Shown: piece after piece, positions 25,249-38,625 of the stretch
Layout: each line of letters begins with the position of its first letter
How positions within the stretch are numbered: the stretch's first letter is position 1
From: Takakia lepidozioides
Lineage: Eukaryota; Plantae; Bryophyta
Direction of reading: 5' to 3'
DNA length: 64,000 bases
Assembly (NCBI GenBank): GCA_030704615.1
Contig: CM060731.1
Span: forward strand, 5,704,001 to 5,768,000
The notes under the pieces: generated by a model
The model's database searches: none
Told to the model about the DNA's origin: nothing
The model's input: only the letters and a program-made list of their open reading frames with translations
Translations under genes and position numbers: made by a program

Positions 25249-26727
25249 TTACATAGGGACAAAACTTGCGTTGCTCTGGTCGGTAAAGGCACAGGGCACT
25301 CGAATCACAGCACAGTTGTAACAAAATCCATTCCCCCGGATCTCTATCACGCGTCGCCAGCTGACAGCATCCGTCACCGGGTTCACCAGGCAAGCATCAA
25401 TAAGGGCACCCCCTGCCGGATTTGAACCACCAATAACCCACAACTCCCCCTCAACTGCCTTAAATCCAAGGCCCCAGCCAGTTGAGCGTGGGTTGACGAA
25501 GGGCAACCCACAAAGAATTGACCAAGTGTTATCCTGCTTGTTATACTTCTTCAACTCATTGTTGAAGGCATCGAGGGCGTAGAGCTGGTTGTCAACCACC
25601 GCTACTAGAGGGGGGGATGGGTGGGGTGAGGGTGTGTGTATCCAACCAGGCCACATATCTGGGACTAGCCTCCAAGAGTCAGATGCAGGGTCATATATTT
25701 CCCCGGAGGTGAGGGGCGCTCGATTTGGAGAGATGCCTCCTATCACGCAGAAACAGCCGTCCATGATAAATCCTGAGCACTCCTTGCGCGGCCGATTCAT
25801 GTCAGCTATATTCTGCCACCTGTTCACAACTTTCACAGATTCATTACAGTATCCACTGAAATGCCCAAAAGAAAGAGACGGTAGGTCTTTGAAGCATGCA
25901 ATCCGGGATGTCTGCCAGTGGTAGTGACCCCATACTCACCCCCAAGTCACCTAAGCATTCAAGCTTTCCTAAGCTCGGAGACATATCTGATGAGGTTGAA
26001 CAGCGCTGGCAGTATTTCGCTTCGCTCACCCAATTCTGCCCTTAACTCTCAACGACTAAAACGCTGAATTCACGACCTAATGACAGAATCTGAAAAATGC
26101 TTCCAGTGCTGGTGTTTGTTACCTGTCAGCCAGCGAGTCGAAACACTCGGCCGAGGTCAAGCCGCGCCGTCCATCGTACTCCGACCCTCCTGCCACAAAT
26201 GCGACATTTCCCATAGTAGCCGATGCAAAGAGACACCTGCGTGTCTGCATTGGCGGTGCCACAGACCACTCAGAGGTGGAAATGTCGAGACTCCAAATCA
26301 AGGGCTCAATCCTGCGTGTTTCCTCATTCACGTGGAGTCCCACAACCATGAGCTTGAGTCCTGCTCCGAAGCACTCACGATCTCCATTCGTGAAAGCATA
26401 ATCAGCAGGCATATCAGGAACTGAATGCCACCTTGTCAAGATGGGGTCGAGCTTGTGCCACTTGGGTGCGCCACTCAGGATCATGTATGGCCAGTCCTCA
26501 CAAAGGCCAAGCTCAGCCCGCTTTGCCCGAAAGTCTGCACTACCCACCTCCGCTCTCCAGGCCTTCGATACAAGTCGGCAGCGTCCGTGTTGCGCTCGTG
26601 GGACGCGTATCAGGATGAGTAATGCGATGTCATTGGGTAGGCCGGTAATGAGCGTTCGAGACTGGGCTTGGTTCGAAGACTCTCCCCTTTCTGGTCGGCT
26701 TTGTACTGCGAGCTGGTTCTGAGCCAT
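25249..26727 (-). CDS. F-box/kelch-repeat protein, 2 coding exons
   Basis: F-box LITGLPNDIALLILIRVP; kelch repeats (PPMQTRRCLFASA...FVAGG; ADMNRPRKECSG...CVIGG; LWVIGG; CYNCAV). Exons 26727-26123 and 25819-25249, GT-AG. Confidence 0.92.
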
Positions 26728-29700
26728 GGAACAGACTGTACCCTAATCTTCAGAGTCACCCACGTCTGGCTTGTGCTCGATCTTCGATCAAGACAGGCTC
26801 CTTGCTTTTCTAATACTTCACAGTCGGGCCTGAAATCCCAGCAATTCGGACTTGGTGGGGGATTGCTGGGCATTCGTCAATCCAGGTGGGTCCTTGACAC
26901 TGTTGTTCCAGTTCTGAGCTTCGAATTGTGTGGGGAATGCCGTCCAGAGAATGAGAAAAATGATGTGAAGCTCAATCTCATATTCGAAATCGTGGCTCAG
27001 TAGCTTGAGTTGAAGCCGGACTTGCGTCTGGATTACGCCAGAGCTCACACCACAACATCTGCTGACATCTCCCCACCTGTGACAATCTCACGTCAGTTCC
27101 TACAGTCTGCCATGGCTGCTCTATCACTTCAGGATCGCTAGTGATCTCATTCACGCTCATCTGTCCTCGAAATGCAAGCAGTTTGACCCCCCAGGTAAGG
27201 TAAGATTGAAGTTCAAAGACTTATGTCACGCTGTTCCTCTAGGTATTCCACCAAAAATTCAGACCTGAAAAAGTGCTCAAGAGCTCGAAACTACTGTGTC
27301 ATTATCCGCAGAAGGCATGATCAACTCAATTTCAGTAGCATGTCAAAAAACAAGGGTAACATTGTGTCGACTGGGTAGTTAGGTGGTCAGACAGGGAATT
27401 CGTGAACTGTGAAATGTAGGTCCAGCAGAAGGGCATTCGTGAAAGTCTCATGAGAGGTGTATTAGAGTGACAGACAGTGAGATAGGCCCTTGAACTTGAG
27501 ACCTGCTTCAGTTAGAAAATCACACCTACCTCCCTGGTACTCAAAGCGAGACAGCCACATTCACGAAATTTTAATTTAGCGACTTCGAAACAGGCGTAAG
27601 CAATGCATTACAAGCAGATTCTCCAGAGAGCTAGCTACTTCTGAGTTGCTGCAGCCCTTTCTGTGTCCACTTAAGCACCAGAACCTGGGCTGGATGAAGA
27701 GATTACACCTAGATGGGGTCAACAAGCAAACTGTTATACTGGCCAGCGCCCACCAACTTCAAGATTACGACACATTGGGCAATGTATATATCCAGATTTA
27801 AGGTTCTTAAGACCTCCTGATCCTTGCGCTCCCACACCAATTTTTAGGAGCTGCAGGGATGCTCTAGAGGCCTCAAGACGAGTCAGCCATAAACTTCTTC
27901 TTTTACGAGACACGAAATTTCCAACAGTAACTTGAAGCCAACCTGACCCAAAAGAGCCCGTGCCTTAATCTCCCAATGTCTCCCCCGCTGTAGACTCCGA
28001 GAGAGGCGAAGAATGACGTGTGAAGTAAAGATTGAGGACCCGCTGAGGATCCTTCAAGAAGCACTGAATTTCCTGCCCGCTGTACACACCCAATCCCACT
28101 TCCCCTTTGTAAGCACACCACTCACTGGACCAAGTTCAATCACCTCGGTCCTACTGCTACACCACCCGAACGCATCAAAAATTCCGCTCAGGAAAGAAAC
28201 ACATTCATATCCCTGGAATGCACATTCAACCCACACCACTGTCAGAGAATAATTACAGCCAGCACTAGACTGATGCACCCTTCCTCCAACATGTTCTACA
28301 ACAAAACGCTTTGACAGCCAGCCGTCGCTCTCCCCTCCGATTCCTCCCTCTCTCACCCATTCGAACTTCAACCTCACCCCCGACTCCTCTCACAACCTAG
28401 CCAGCACTCAAATCGCGCCAACACCAAATTCCGCTCTCTAATTTCAACCTCGACTACGCACAGCTGCAGACTGTATCTTACCGCACACTCTCCACTCCTC
28501 TGCAACTGCCCCCCGCAACCTCCACCACACTACTCCCACTCCTCCCCACTCGAAGAGTCTAGCTCCGCAGCAGCACACACAGAGAGCGCAGGCCGAGAGG
28601 CCCTCCCTCTCTCTCTCTCACTCTCACAGTCTCTCGCGCTCTCTCTCACTCGCAGACGCTAGTCACACACTCACACACAGGCTGGGGTTGCACAAGAGAA
28701 GGATGAGTAGCAGCAGGCGACGCCCCCCTTTTTAGCCTCTCACGAGCGGGGACAGTTGCCAGTCCCGGTCGGGATTCCACGGCCCCGCCCGCCCTTCCTT
28801 TCTCGGCCCGGCCCGGGCCCCCCCCGTCGCGCGCGTACCGCGCTGCGCCAGCCCACCCTTTACTCCCCCGTTACCGCCCGTCAGACCGCGCACCCACCCA
28901 GGGTTCAACTCCCCGCGCGCGCGTCCCCTCCCTGGTTTCCCGTAATTAATCGGGGTTCCAACAACATAACGGAAGGCGGGTCCTCGCATCGGGGCCCACC
29001 GGGCGACGCTGACCCGTGTGGTCGCACGCAGCCGCTGCCAAAGCGGCGCCCACGCTGGCAGCCTGCGCGACTTACTAGTCACTTACTCGTCACTTACTAC
29101 TGCCTTACTAGTGAGCCGTGCACCGCGGGCACGCCATCGTCGGCCGGAAGTGGTGAGCCGGTTAGCGGCCACGTATAAAGTGCAGTATACGCCACCCAGT
29201 ACACGTGGCTGCGGTGGCTATACCGTGTGGCGATACCCTCTTCTTTGGTTTAAAAAACAGAGAACAATTATGTTGGTGGGGTGGGTGATGCGACCCTGCC
29301 AGCACTTTGCCTTATATTAAAACCCTCTCACATCCTGCAGACGGTGAGAGCGACTAGCGAACCCCTCTGCTCCATGCGTTGTTTAGGTCACCAGTTTTTC
29401 GTCTATTTGTTGGTACACCCGGTTGACTCCGAACTGCAAAACTGCATGGACCCACGTCTCAGCATCTTAATAATAAATTTGCCACTAACTTGCATTTTCC
29501 GGGTGGCTGTGATTTGGTGGTGCACTCGACCGAACCGGACGACCCATGGATGTTGTAAATACATCACAACTGTTCAAGCGGCCAACCCCCCTCTTGCGTG
29601 TGCCGGTGATGGGATGGAGGCCTGTTCGCATTTTTCTAAGTGTGTGACATGACTTGCCCATGGTGACTCGGCCGCGCTGCTTACAAAAAAAACCCATTTT

Positions 29701-31435
29701 CCGTTGATATTTGAAGATGACTACCAATCATGTATCAATATCAATTTCAACCACCCCTTCAACAGCCCAGGGGGTGTGGCAAAGAGGATGGGAAGATGCT
29801 TGGGTGTGGTAGGAATTTTTTCCCGTTGGAGTAGTGTGGTAGTGCATGAGTGGGTAGTGGAGGAAGGGAAAGGAAAGGACAGGGAAGGAGAGGCGGTGGG
29901 GGCAGGGAGGGGGAGGGGAGAGTGCCCCCCTAGATTTCTGGCGTGAAACTTGTGCAAAACTCACAGACAGCACTTGGCAGGGTGGGGACGGGGAGGGGGT
30001 GGGGGGGTGGGTGATAATGGCAGGGCAGAGTGTCGGCCAGTCTTCACAGGCATACATCATGTCTCTAACGAGCCTTCTAATCTGATGATTAAGGGCCCTA
30101 ATTACTGGGGGTGCTAAGCTCTAAGCACTCCAGGCCCCTTCTTCCTCCAATGCCATGCCTCCAACAGATGAAAGAAAAAGACAGCGCCAGCCTTTTTCCC
30201 CTTTTTCCACTGTATAGTGTGTGACCCACCTCGCACCATCTCTTGCTCCGGGGGTCACTTTACATCCTCTTCAAAGCACCAGGGCTTCATCTTTGTCTTG
30301 TTACAATCTCTGTCAGTTGTTTTCTTCGTTACTTTTAAACGTGATACTTACCCAGAAAATTGTTGTGTAATTCCCCGTGGGGGTATTCATGGAAAGTTGT
30401 AGTTATAATAATCCACAGATCTCAGTTTCAGATTTTCTCACAAAAATTGAAGTGGGGGTTCTTTTTTAATTACCATGCATTCCAAAAATAGAAACAGACC
30501 CAGTTTGTTGAGAACTTGGTCAAAGTGGGTAGATTCTGATGAGTCCATCATCCAAACGTTTTTTTTACAGTGCTGCTGTCCTTTCCTTTCTGAGCTTGCC
30601 AATCAGACAGTATGGAAACTTGTCATAAATACCTCTGTGGGGTTATTGCTTGAAAAACTTGCCATGAATGTTAAGGGATATCACCACATTTAAAATGTGT
30701 CAGGTCACTGCCCCTCTCCATGAGAGCAGACTTTGTTTGTTGGAGAGGGGTTAAATATATTTTTCCGGTCACCACAAACAATGAATGCTGTTAAAACAAA
30801 TTAAAATTAAAATTTTACAAAAAAATATATGCATGCACGAATAATGTTGAATTCATGGAGGGGTGATAATATCGAGACTAGAATTTCAAGGGTTTCATGT
30901 GCAAGTTACATACAACCCACTTCACCCACAAATCTGCAAAAGGGCAGTTAACAGTCAAAGAGACGTTAAGGGCAGTCAACAGGCCCAATAAGGCACCATA
31001 AATGCAGAAAGGTATTTGCTGAACGTGGACTCTGGTCTTCCTGCCCCACCTTTACTTATTACTGCCCAAATCTAGCCATCCTCTTCCTGACACTCCCCCT
31101 CCCTCCCAATCTTGTACTCCTCGAAGTTCACTCTGCCTTACCTCAATGAAGGTAATTCCCACCTTTGGCTCCAAACGTGTAAAGACACCCCAGCTTGCCG
31201 GAGATGATTGTGTTTGGTTGGACCGGCCTGAGTTATACCCTAAAAAGCAAAGCCTAAGTTGTGACCTAAAGATGGGATTCCCGGCCCAGCACTGCCACGT
31301 CACCAAAAGATGTCGCGCTAAGGAAAAAGACGGGCCAGGTGGCCAGGTGGCCACCAGCTCATTTCCCCGCGGCGTGACGTGACGCGGCGAAACTCGCAGG
31401 CCGTGGCGAATCTGGCCGCCACCTTCTTCCACTCA

Positions 31436-31555
31436 TCAGCCGTCGTCTCTCTCGGCTCTCCTAAATTTGACCGAGACGAAGGTGATGAAGAAGATGATGG
31501 AGGTGATCAGGGCCATGAGCAACAGCAACGGCCTACCTACCTGCATGTCCTTCAT
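31436..31555 (-). CDS. Candidate 39-aa single-pass membrane micropeptide
   Basis: MKDMQVGRPLLLLMALITSIIFFITFVSVKFRRAERDDG with a TGA-TGA double stop; gccATG context; CT-rich leader; TATAAAT about 190 bp upstream. No homology recognised. Confidence 0.4.
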   Translation of the reverse strand: MKDMQVGRPLLLLMALITSIIFFITFVSVKFRRAERDDG

Positions 31556-31734
31556 GGCTACTCCTCCAGCGTCACGGAAGGTTGGCAAAAATATCACTCC
31601 ACAGAGCGAGCGAGAGAGAGAGAGATCAGAGGAGGAGAGAGAGAGACTAAAGTTAGTTCTCCACCCCATTTGCGGTGAGTTTGGCGTTGCCTGCGCGCAG
31701 GCTTCCCGCGCACATGTCTGAAGAAGGAAGAAAT

Positions 31735-31750
31735 AAATAATTTATAAAGC
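31735..31750 (-). promoter_or_regulatory. TATA box upstream of the CT-rich leader
   Basis: Minus strand gctttataaattattt, followed by a (CT)n-rich stretch at about 31605-31650. Confidence 0.45.
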
Positions 31751-33410
31751 TCAAAAATCTGCAGAATGGCGGCCAGTAGCAGAGCTCACGGGCCCGAGTT
31801 TGTAGCATGGCCAACTCGAGCCTCTCTTACAAATATCTCTCCTGCTTTCAGACCCCGGAATGTGGGGGAATTTCAGTCTGCCCTGCGCCGCCACACTTCT
31901 TTATGACCCCTGCTCTTCAAGGCTCACTGCCCTAGCCCCCCTCCAAATTAGCTGTACTCTCCCCACCCGATCCCTTCCACTGACCCCCACATTTCCAAAT
32001 ATGGAACACCCACAGTCCACCACTCTTACTATTATCATAACCCACCACGCTTGTAATCACCTCTCCCACACACTCGCTTTTCTAAATTCTCTTCAACCGT
32101 GAAGGCAAGTCTTGCCGAGCCCCTAGTGGTCCACAATTGCGATTCGCAAGGGAGCAGAAGATGTGCGAGCGAGAAATGGTTGAAGAAATGCCACCACGCG
32201 CCAGCTCACAGCGTTGACCCTCTGGCGCGCAACCAAAACCCATTTGCTCGCTGGGCGTACTTGGCATGTATGAATATAATTGCGTGTACCGGGCCCTTTT
32301 CCCTCTGCAGCGCGGCCTGCCTCATCATCGCTCTGCATTCTCGCTCCACAAATGCCATCGCTTTACTGCCCCGTACCTCCGCCCGCGCTCTCACGTGCTA
32401 CGTGCTGCACCACCTTCCCGCGCCCCCTGGATGAACCCCATCTGTCGCCGGATGAAAGCTGCGTACCCGCGCCTGCCCAAAAGTGTGGTAACTTACCCGC
32501 TCTAATTTTAGCCCCGACCTTTACTCCGACCCCTTTGCACGTGCTAACTTGTTACCCTTCTCACCCCAAGTTCTTTTCTGATTTGTTTGAATCCCGACTT
32601 ACTACCCAAGGCTTTTCTTCTCAAAGCTTATCGATGAAGCTCCTTACTTCTATATATAGATATAGAAGATAATGCAAATCGGAATATTCAAATATGCAAC
32701 CCCAAAAGAGGAGGAAGGAACAGAAAATAGAACCCAGAATCCCTGTTTTTGTTGGCTCATTGAGGCACATAATACTTGCGTCGCCGGTTTCACGCAATGG
32801 TAAGCTAGTGGAGAGAGGCAGGCTTGCGGATGAAGCTACTAAGTTACGGTAGCGGGCAAGCGGTGGGGGGAGGAGTGAGGGGGAAGGGTAATGAAGGCGG
32901 CAGCACGTAGGCGGTGCGGGGGCGTTAATGCAGCCTCCGGCTACGTCACAATCCTTCTCTTAACTCCTCCCCTCCTTATTACCCTTCCCTTTACTCTGTT
33001 AAGTTCCACGGCTTGGGAGATGTGGATGAATGTGAAATCTCGTCCGCCGCCAGTTGGCTGCACACAATTTTGTTTTGTTTTGTTTTTTTTTTACCAACGG
33101 GGGACAGAGGCCCTGATAACTTTATTTAAAAGAGAGCACAATTGCTTTGAGAAACAATAATTTTAAAATTTTGTGAGTGTAATATATTTTTGATTTTTGA
33201 TTTTTGATTTTATGAAGGAACCCTGGAGTGACATTTGTTTCCTGTCGCTCCCAGGATTCCTTTGATTATAAAAATTAAAATAAAACAGAATAAACCAAGC
33301 TATTTGACCCAAATTATAATACTTGTTTTTGGGATCTAAAGTTATGTATGATCCCCACAAAAAAAAACCCATCCCATTACCAAATTGGTAAGGCCAATTG
33401 GCAGCTACCA

Positions 33411-33585
33411 ACAGTCAGTAGCTCAGTTGGTAAAGTGCTCTTCCCCCTTTCTCTGCGCAGTGTCGCATCGGAAAGCCTTACGGCGAAGTTACTGAGAGGT
33501 TATTTTCTCCTCTCACTACTAAGGAAGGGGCCTGATTTGTGAGCTGTCGCTCCCAGGTGTTTCCCTTTGAAAACAAATAAAAATT
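33411..33585 (+). mobile_element. tRNA-derived SINE (internally deleted)
   Basis: Box A tagctcagttggtaaag; conserved 3' body ggggcctgatttgtgagctgtcgctcccaggtgtttccc; A-rich tail. Confidence 0.7.
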
Positions 33586-35429
33586 GGCAGCTTCTTTTGT
33601 AGGGTACATGCTCATTTCATAGATTTGTAGAAATCTCCCACAAGTTACCACTTTCGTAATATGGTTATACAGCTTTTGTTTTTTCCCCCAGAAAACAGGG
33701 GACAGTGGCCCTGGATATTATGTTTGGAATTATTTTGGGGGAAAAAAAAAACCCCTGAGTACACCATGAGGCACACACACGGTAGTCAGTGAAGGGAGAA
33801 ACGAGCCTCTACAGATTATTTATGTTCCCGCTGATTTTTTATTTTTTATTTTAAGGAAAAGGGTAGGAAGCCCTTGAGAGCTTTATTAAAATTATTGAAG
33901 GGATCATTCCCGCTGAAACATTCTTAAGCATGCAGATTAAATATGTGATGTTACACATTAAAATTTTGATGGATGTGCACACAAAAGATGCCAACTAAAT
34001 GTGTTTGTCTCCCATAATTATCATTTCTCTTCATCCCAAAAGTAATCAGGCATACCATCTGTGTGTCCAACTTCATTTGTAGCTTGTGGAAGCCAATTTT
34101 CTTTAAAATGCAGATTAAGCTGCCTTGAATTAGTGCAAATAATTTGAACAATAGCATATTATAGATATTCGAAGAGAATGTATTTGATCCCCAAAGTTAA
34201 CATTTTTCTTTATTCCAACAATAAAAGAACTAAACATATGAAATGTTTTTTGAAAGTTGTTCTGTTCCTGTACAAAATCCGGATGGCAAGTACAATCTAT
34301 TCTAACAGTAGATTTCATGATTTTGCATCCATCCAAAAACTTATGTGAAATTGAAGTACACGCCACAGTCATTGGCTGGACCCAGTTCCTTCCCTAAGTA
34401 ACACCTCCTTGGTTGAACCAAACCCATAGATGAGAATGTGAACATGGAAGGGGATGAAATTGATAAGGTGATACCCATAAGGGGATATGGATAAGTTATG
34501 TGTTTTTCAGTTCACAGATATATCTCCAGGACATAGGCCCTGGAAGTGGAAACAAGTAAATCTCCTTATGCATATTCTTATCTTCTAATTTTTAAATTGT
34601 TTTTCAAAAGGGAAACCCGCAGTGAAATTTCTTTTTCCATTTTACAAAAACCATCACAAGGGCGACATGTAAAATATAACCAGCGCCCATGTGGCAAGAA
34701 TAACGAGGTGGCAGGGTTAGAAAAGTGGCTATATAACAGGTGATACCATTTAACAGTTCCACATGAGGCAAAATCAGGCTCCTGATAATCAACTACTGCC
34801 GCTTCAATCTGGCCAATTTTTTTATTTTTACCTCCCCAAAGTACAAGTAGCTGATACAGAGTAACCATATACATAGGCACAATATACATAGGTACAATTC
34901 AAATTTATTTAAAACATATATATGTGTGTCGGTATGCAGGCTTACTTAAGAGAGAAGGGGAGAAATATCCCCCTTTCATTCAGTAGCCATGGAGGCAAAC
35001 AGGAAGAGCCCCAGGCCTTTGCCAGACCCAAAGGCCACGAGACCAAGAGGATTATTTGAACCCAGACACACCTAGGTGGAATATAGTGCGCTGGTGGTAT
35101 TTGGCTTGTTGAGTCGAAAACACATTGACAAGTGTGGCTAAATAAAACCCTGTAAAAATGTAAATAGTATAAATGTCAATTTTTTTCCAGAATAATTTGA
35201 GAGAAAAATATCTTTAAAAAATTGGTCAATTTCTTAATTAGTTGACTGCAGGTTTACCACACAAATAAAGATGGTCAACTATGAAGAAATGTTGGGTAGG
35301 GTAATTAACCCCCTAATGCCTATGAATTTTTCCAACCTAAGAACAGAGTTCAATGAGGCCTTCATTGTGATAGAAACACAAGGGCGCCAGTCCTTTTTGT
35401 TTATTTTTGAAAAAGGGAAAAAGAACTAA

Positions 35430-35665
35430 CAGTCAGTAGTAGCGCACTGAGTGCCACTCAGATGATTCTGGGGTCAAATCCTGCTGCCTTGACTGGTGTG
35501 GCATGTTCTTCTACCCCTTCCCGTGGATGCGAAAGCCTTCGAGGTTACTGTGAAAGAGGGTATTTTCTCTCCTCTCACTATAATTAAGGGGGCCTGATTT
35601 GTGAGCTGTCACTCCCAGGTGTTTCCCTTGAAAAAGAAAAAAAAGAAAAGAAAAAGAAAAGAAAA
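35430..35665 (+). mobile_element. tRNA-derived SINE
   Basis: acagtcagtag head, box B gggtcaaatcc, same 3' body as 33411, (AAAAG)n tail. Confidence 0.7.
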
Positions 35666-38142
35666 TTGTTGTGGTATCAATGAACCAAATCAAATCATGA
35701 GATAAAAGAAATTCATAGTCACACACCTATCACATATAAAAAATCTCTCTATAAACTGTATTCCGGATTTGGCAGATGTGCTTAGAAGTGCAACCGAACT
35801 TCTTATACAAGGGAACACAAACCAAACATGTATGCTCTCAAGGGTATAAAACAACTAGTCATTGAAATCAGTAATTATAACTGAAAGAGCTCATGCTAAC
35901 TAATTGCTTACTTTTAAAAACTATTATTAGTATGCAAAATCCTAAAACTCATTAACAGCATTTTTCCTCACCAAATGTACTGTTCACATACTTTTTTTTC
36001 AGCAAAATATGTAATACTTTCTGTAAGCAGATTCCAAGTGACAAAGAAAAAAGAGTAACGTCTTTGTTACAATTTGAAGTTATAACTGTTCAATGATAAG
36101 AAGTTATATATATATGCACACTCACACCATTTAAAGAGTGCAACTTACATCAATTCATAGCTAGCTTCTTAACTGAAAGCCAGTTACTAGTTACTAGTTA
36201 CTACGCTGAGGAGTAAATTCTGAAGTAGTGACCTAGATTAGTAATCCCCAGCGAACGGCTTGTTTTGTTGCTGGAGGGAGGTGCTGATGAGGAAGGCAGT
36301 TGCAGGCAGAGAGTGTGGGACACCCTCTCGAGTCTCAATCCGAGGCAGTGACAAACGATTAAAGTGGAGGCCGTAACCGCTCTGGACATCATGTTCTTTG
36401 TACAGGCCGTATCTGGCACATACGATTCAAATTTAGTGCTATGATCAAATCAGACTGCTTGATGCAACCCGACTAGTGACGGGCGATCAAATAAAATCAG
36501 AGCTGGCTGCTTGATGCAACAAGTCACTTGGTACTGATCAAATACGATCAGAAATAAGGCTGCTTCATGCATCAGAACCTCACTTCACACAGCTCACAGG
36601 CTTGTAGAGTCCCTGCGACGTCTACATCAATCCACGGACTAGAGGAGCTGGAGGGATCATGACGGTTTTCTTATCACTGCACCTTGCTTGGAATAACGGC
36701 AAGGTTATGCAAGCTGGCCCCTGTCAATAAGTGCGCTTGACATTCATCCTCGTATGGGCAAGCTGGTGATGGGAGGCCTTCCCTATCAACAACTGCTTGC
36801 CTTCATACTCGTTAGGAGTTAATGTTAAAGCTCTTGATCTGTAATCTAGATCAGGAATGTATCCAGGTAACTAGAGACGTCTAACTCTTAGTCATTATCA
36901 CAACCATCATATGAACTTTTGGTCGTCTCAAAGTTAGAAATCGAATGTTGGATTGCAGATCAGAGAGATCTACGGATATTTAGAGACTAGAGACTTCGTA
37001 GTCTTAAAACCAACCAGATGAAAGAGCTGGAGCACTCCATGATATATACATCGAATATTCGGGGAGGGATGATCATGATCTTTTCAGATGATGTCAATAT
37101 ACTGATACGAGAATGACATTGAATCGAATGTTGGATTGCATATCAGAGATATCTACGGGTACCTAGAGATGTGTTACTCTTGGTTATTCTCAAAACCAAT
37201 CAGATGATCCTCTCAATGTTATAAATGGAATGTTGGATTGCAGATCAGAACATACGGGTACTCCTGAAGTCAATATTCAATCAGACCAAAAATCGAATGT
37301 TGGGGGAGGAATGATCGTGATCTTTTCAGTAAAGAAATACCAGAGTTTGCTTGTCCCCCCTCAATGACTGATTGGAGCGACTTGGTCCTCTCAACGTCGT
37401 AAATCGAATGTATGAGATCTCGTGATCTCGTGCTAATGACATTATGAAAGCTTTCCACGCCAGTCCCGCTATGTGAGGCACCGTTTTGGATGTTTTAAAA
37501 AACTAGTACGAGAACTCAACATCCGTAGAACTCCTGTCTAAATTCCTTGCTGCAATCAGAGAGATGTCTGCCTGGTGTCAGCCTGACATCCTCTCTGTCA
37601 AAAGAGAACTCACATCCCTTTGTGTCTTGCTGTTTCTCTGAAACAGCAGAACATCACATCCTCTTTGTGTCTTGATCTACTGCAGAGACATGTCATGCCC
37701 TCCATGTGCGGCACGTTTTTCGCCTCCCATTTATTTTCAAAACTGGACATCCTGAGTGCTAAACTCTAGCTGGCATGTACTATCTAAATTCCCTCAGTTG
37801 TCATAGAGATTGATATCTGCAGCTGTCCAAATTCCTTCAGTTGTCATTGAGATGATATGTCCTCTCTGTGCGGCACGTTTTGCTCCTCCCACTAAATTTG
37901 TCATATAGAGGTGACAAGTCCTGTCTAAATCTCATCAGCTGTCATAGAGATGACATGTACTGTATGCGCGGCGCGCTTTGCGCCTCACAATTGTTTTTCC
38001 AAGTTAATAATGGAGTGTCACATCCTCTCAAGTGATTTCTAAAGCCATTGATCTATGTGGGGCAGGACAATAACCCACTGTTGGCCATCTGTGTGTAGTA
38101 GCACGTTTTCTCTAGTCCGAGGTATTATTGATCAAAACTAGT

Positions 38143-38625
38143 TTGAGAATCCGACATCCTCTTGATGGTCCAGTTGCGTTAAGAATGAATCCGAGATTTC
38201 GGCATGCTCTTGATGGTGCAGTTGTTGTTAAAAATCTCGGTGGTGCCTGCAGTTGCTGCTAAGCCTAATCCGAGAATTGGACATCCTCTTGATGGGGCAG
38301 TTGCTGTCAAGACTAATCCGAGAATTCAACTGCATCCTCTTGATGGTGCAGTGCTGTTAAGACTTATCCGAGTTCGACATCCTCTTGATGGCGCAGTTGC
38401 TGTTAAGACTAATCCGAGAATTCGACATCCTCTTGATGGTGCAGTTGCTGTTAAGACTAATCCGGGAGTTCGACATCCTCTCGACGGTGTAGTTGCTGTT
38501 AAGACTAATCCGAGACCTCAGACATCCTCTGGATGGTGCAGTTGCTGCTAAGATTAATCCAAGAATTCGCATACTCTTGATGGTGCAGTTGCGGTTAACA
38601 CTAATCCGAGAGTTCAACATCCTCT
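38143..38625. repeat. 48-bp minisatellite, about 10 copies
   Basis: Unit ccgagaattcgacatcctcttgatggtgcagttgctgttaagactaat, head to tail with no spacers. Confidence 0.92.

Noticed and set aside
28560-33100. Conserved plant miRNA hairpins in the gene-poor interval
   Set aside because: No match seen by eye to common conserved mature miRNAs and no convincing long stem; novel miRNAs cannot be excluded without folding and small-RNA data.
38143-38625. CRISPR-like array
   Set aside because: Units are contiguous with no unique spacers, there are no cas genes, and the context is eukaryotic. The same applies to 2911-3215.
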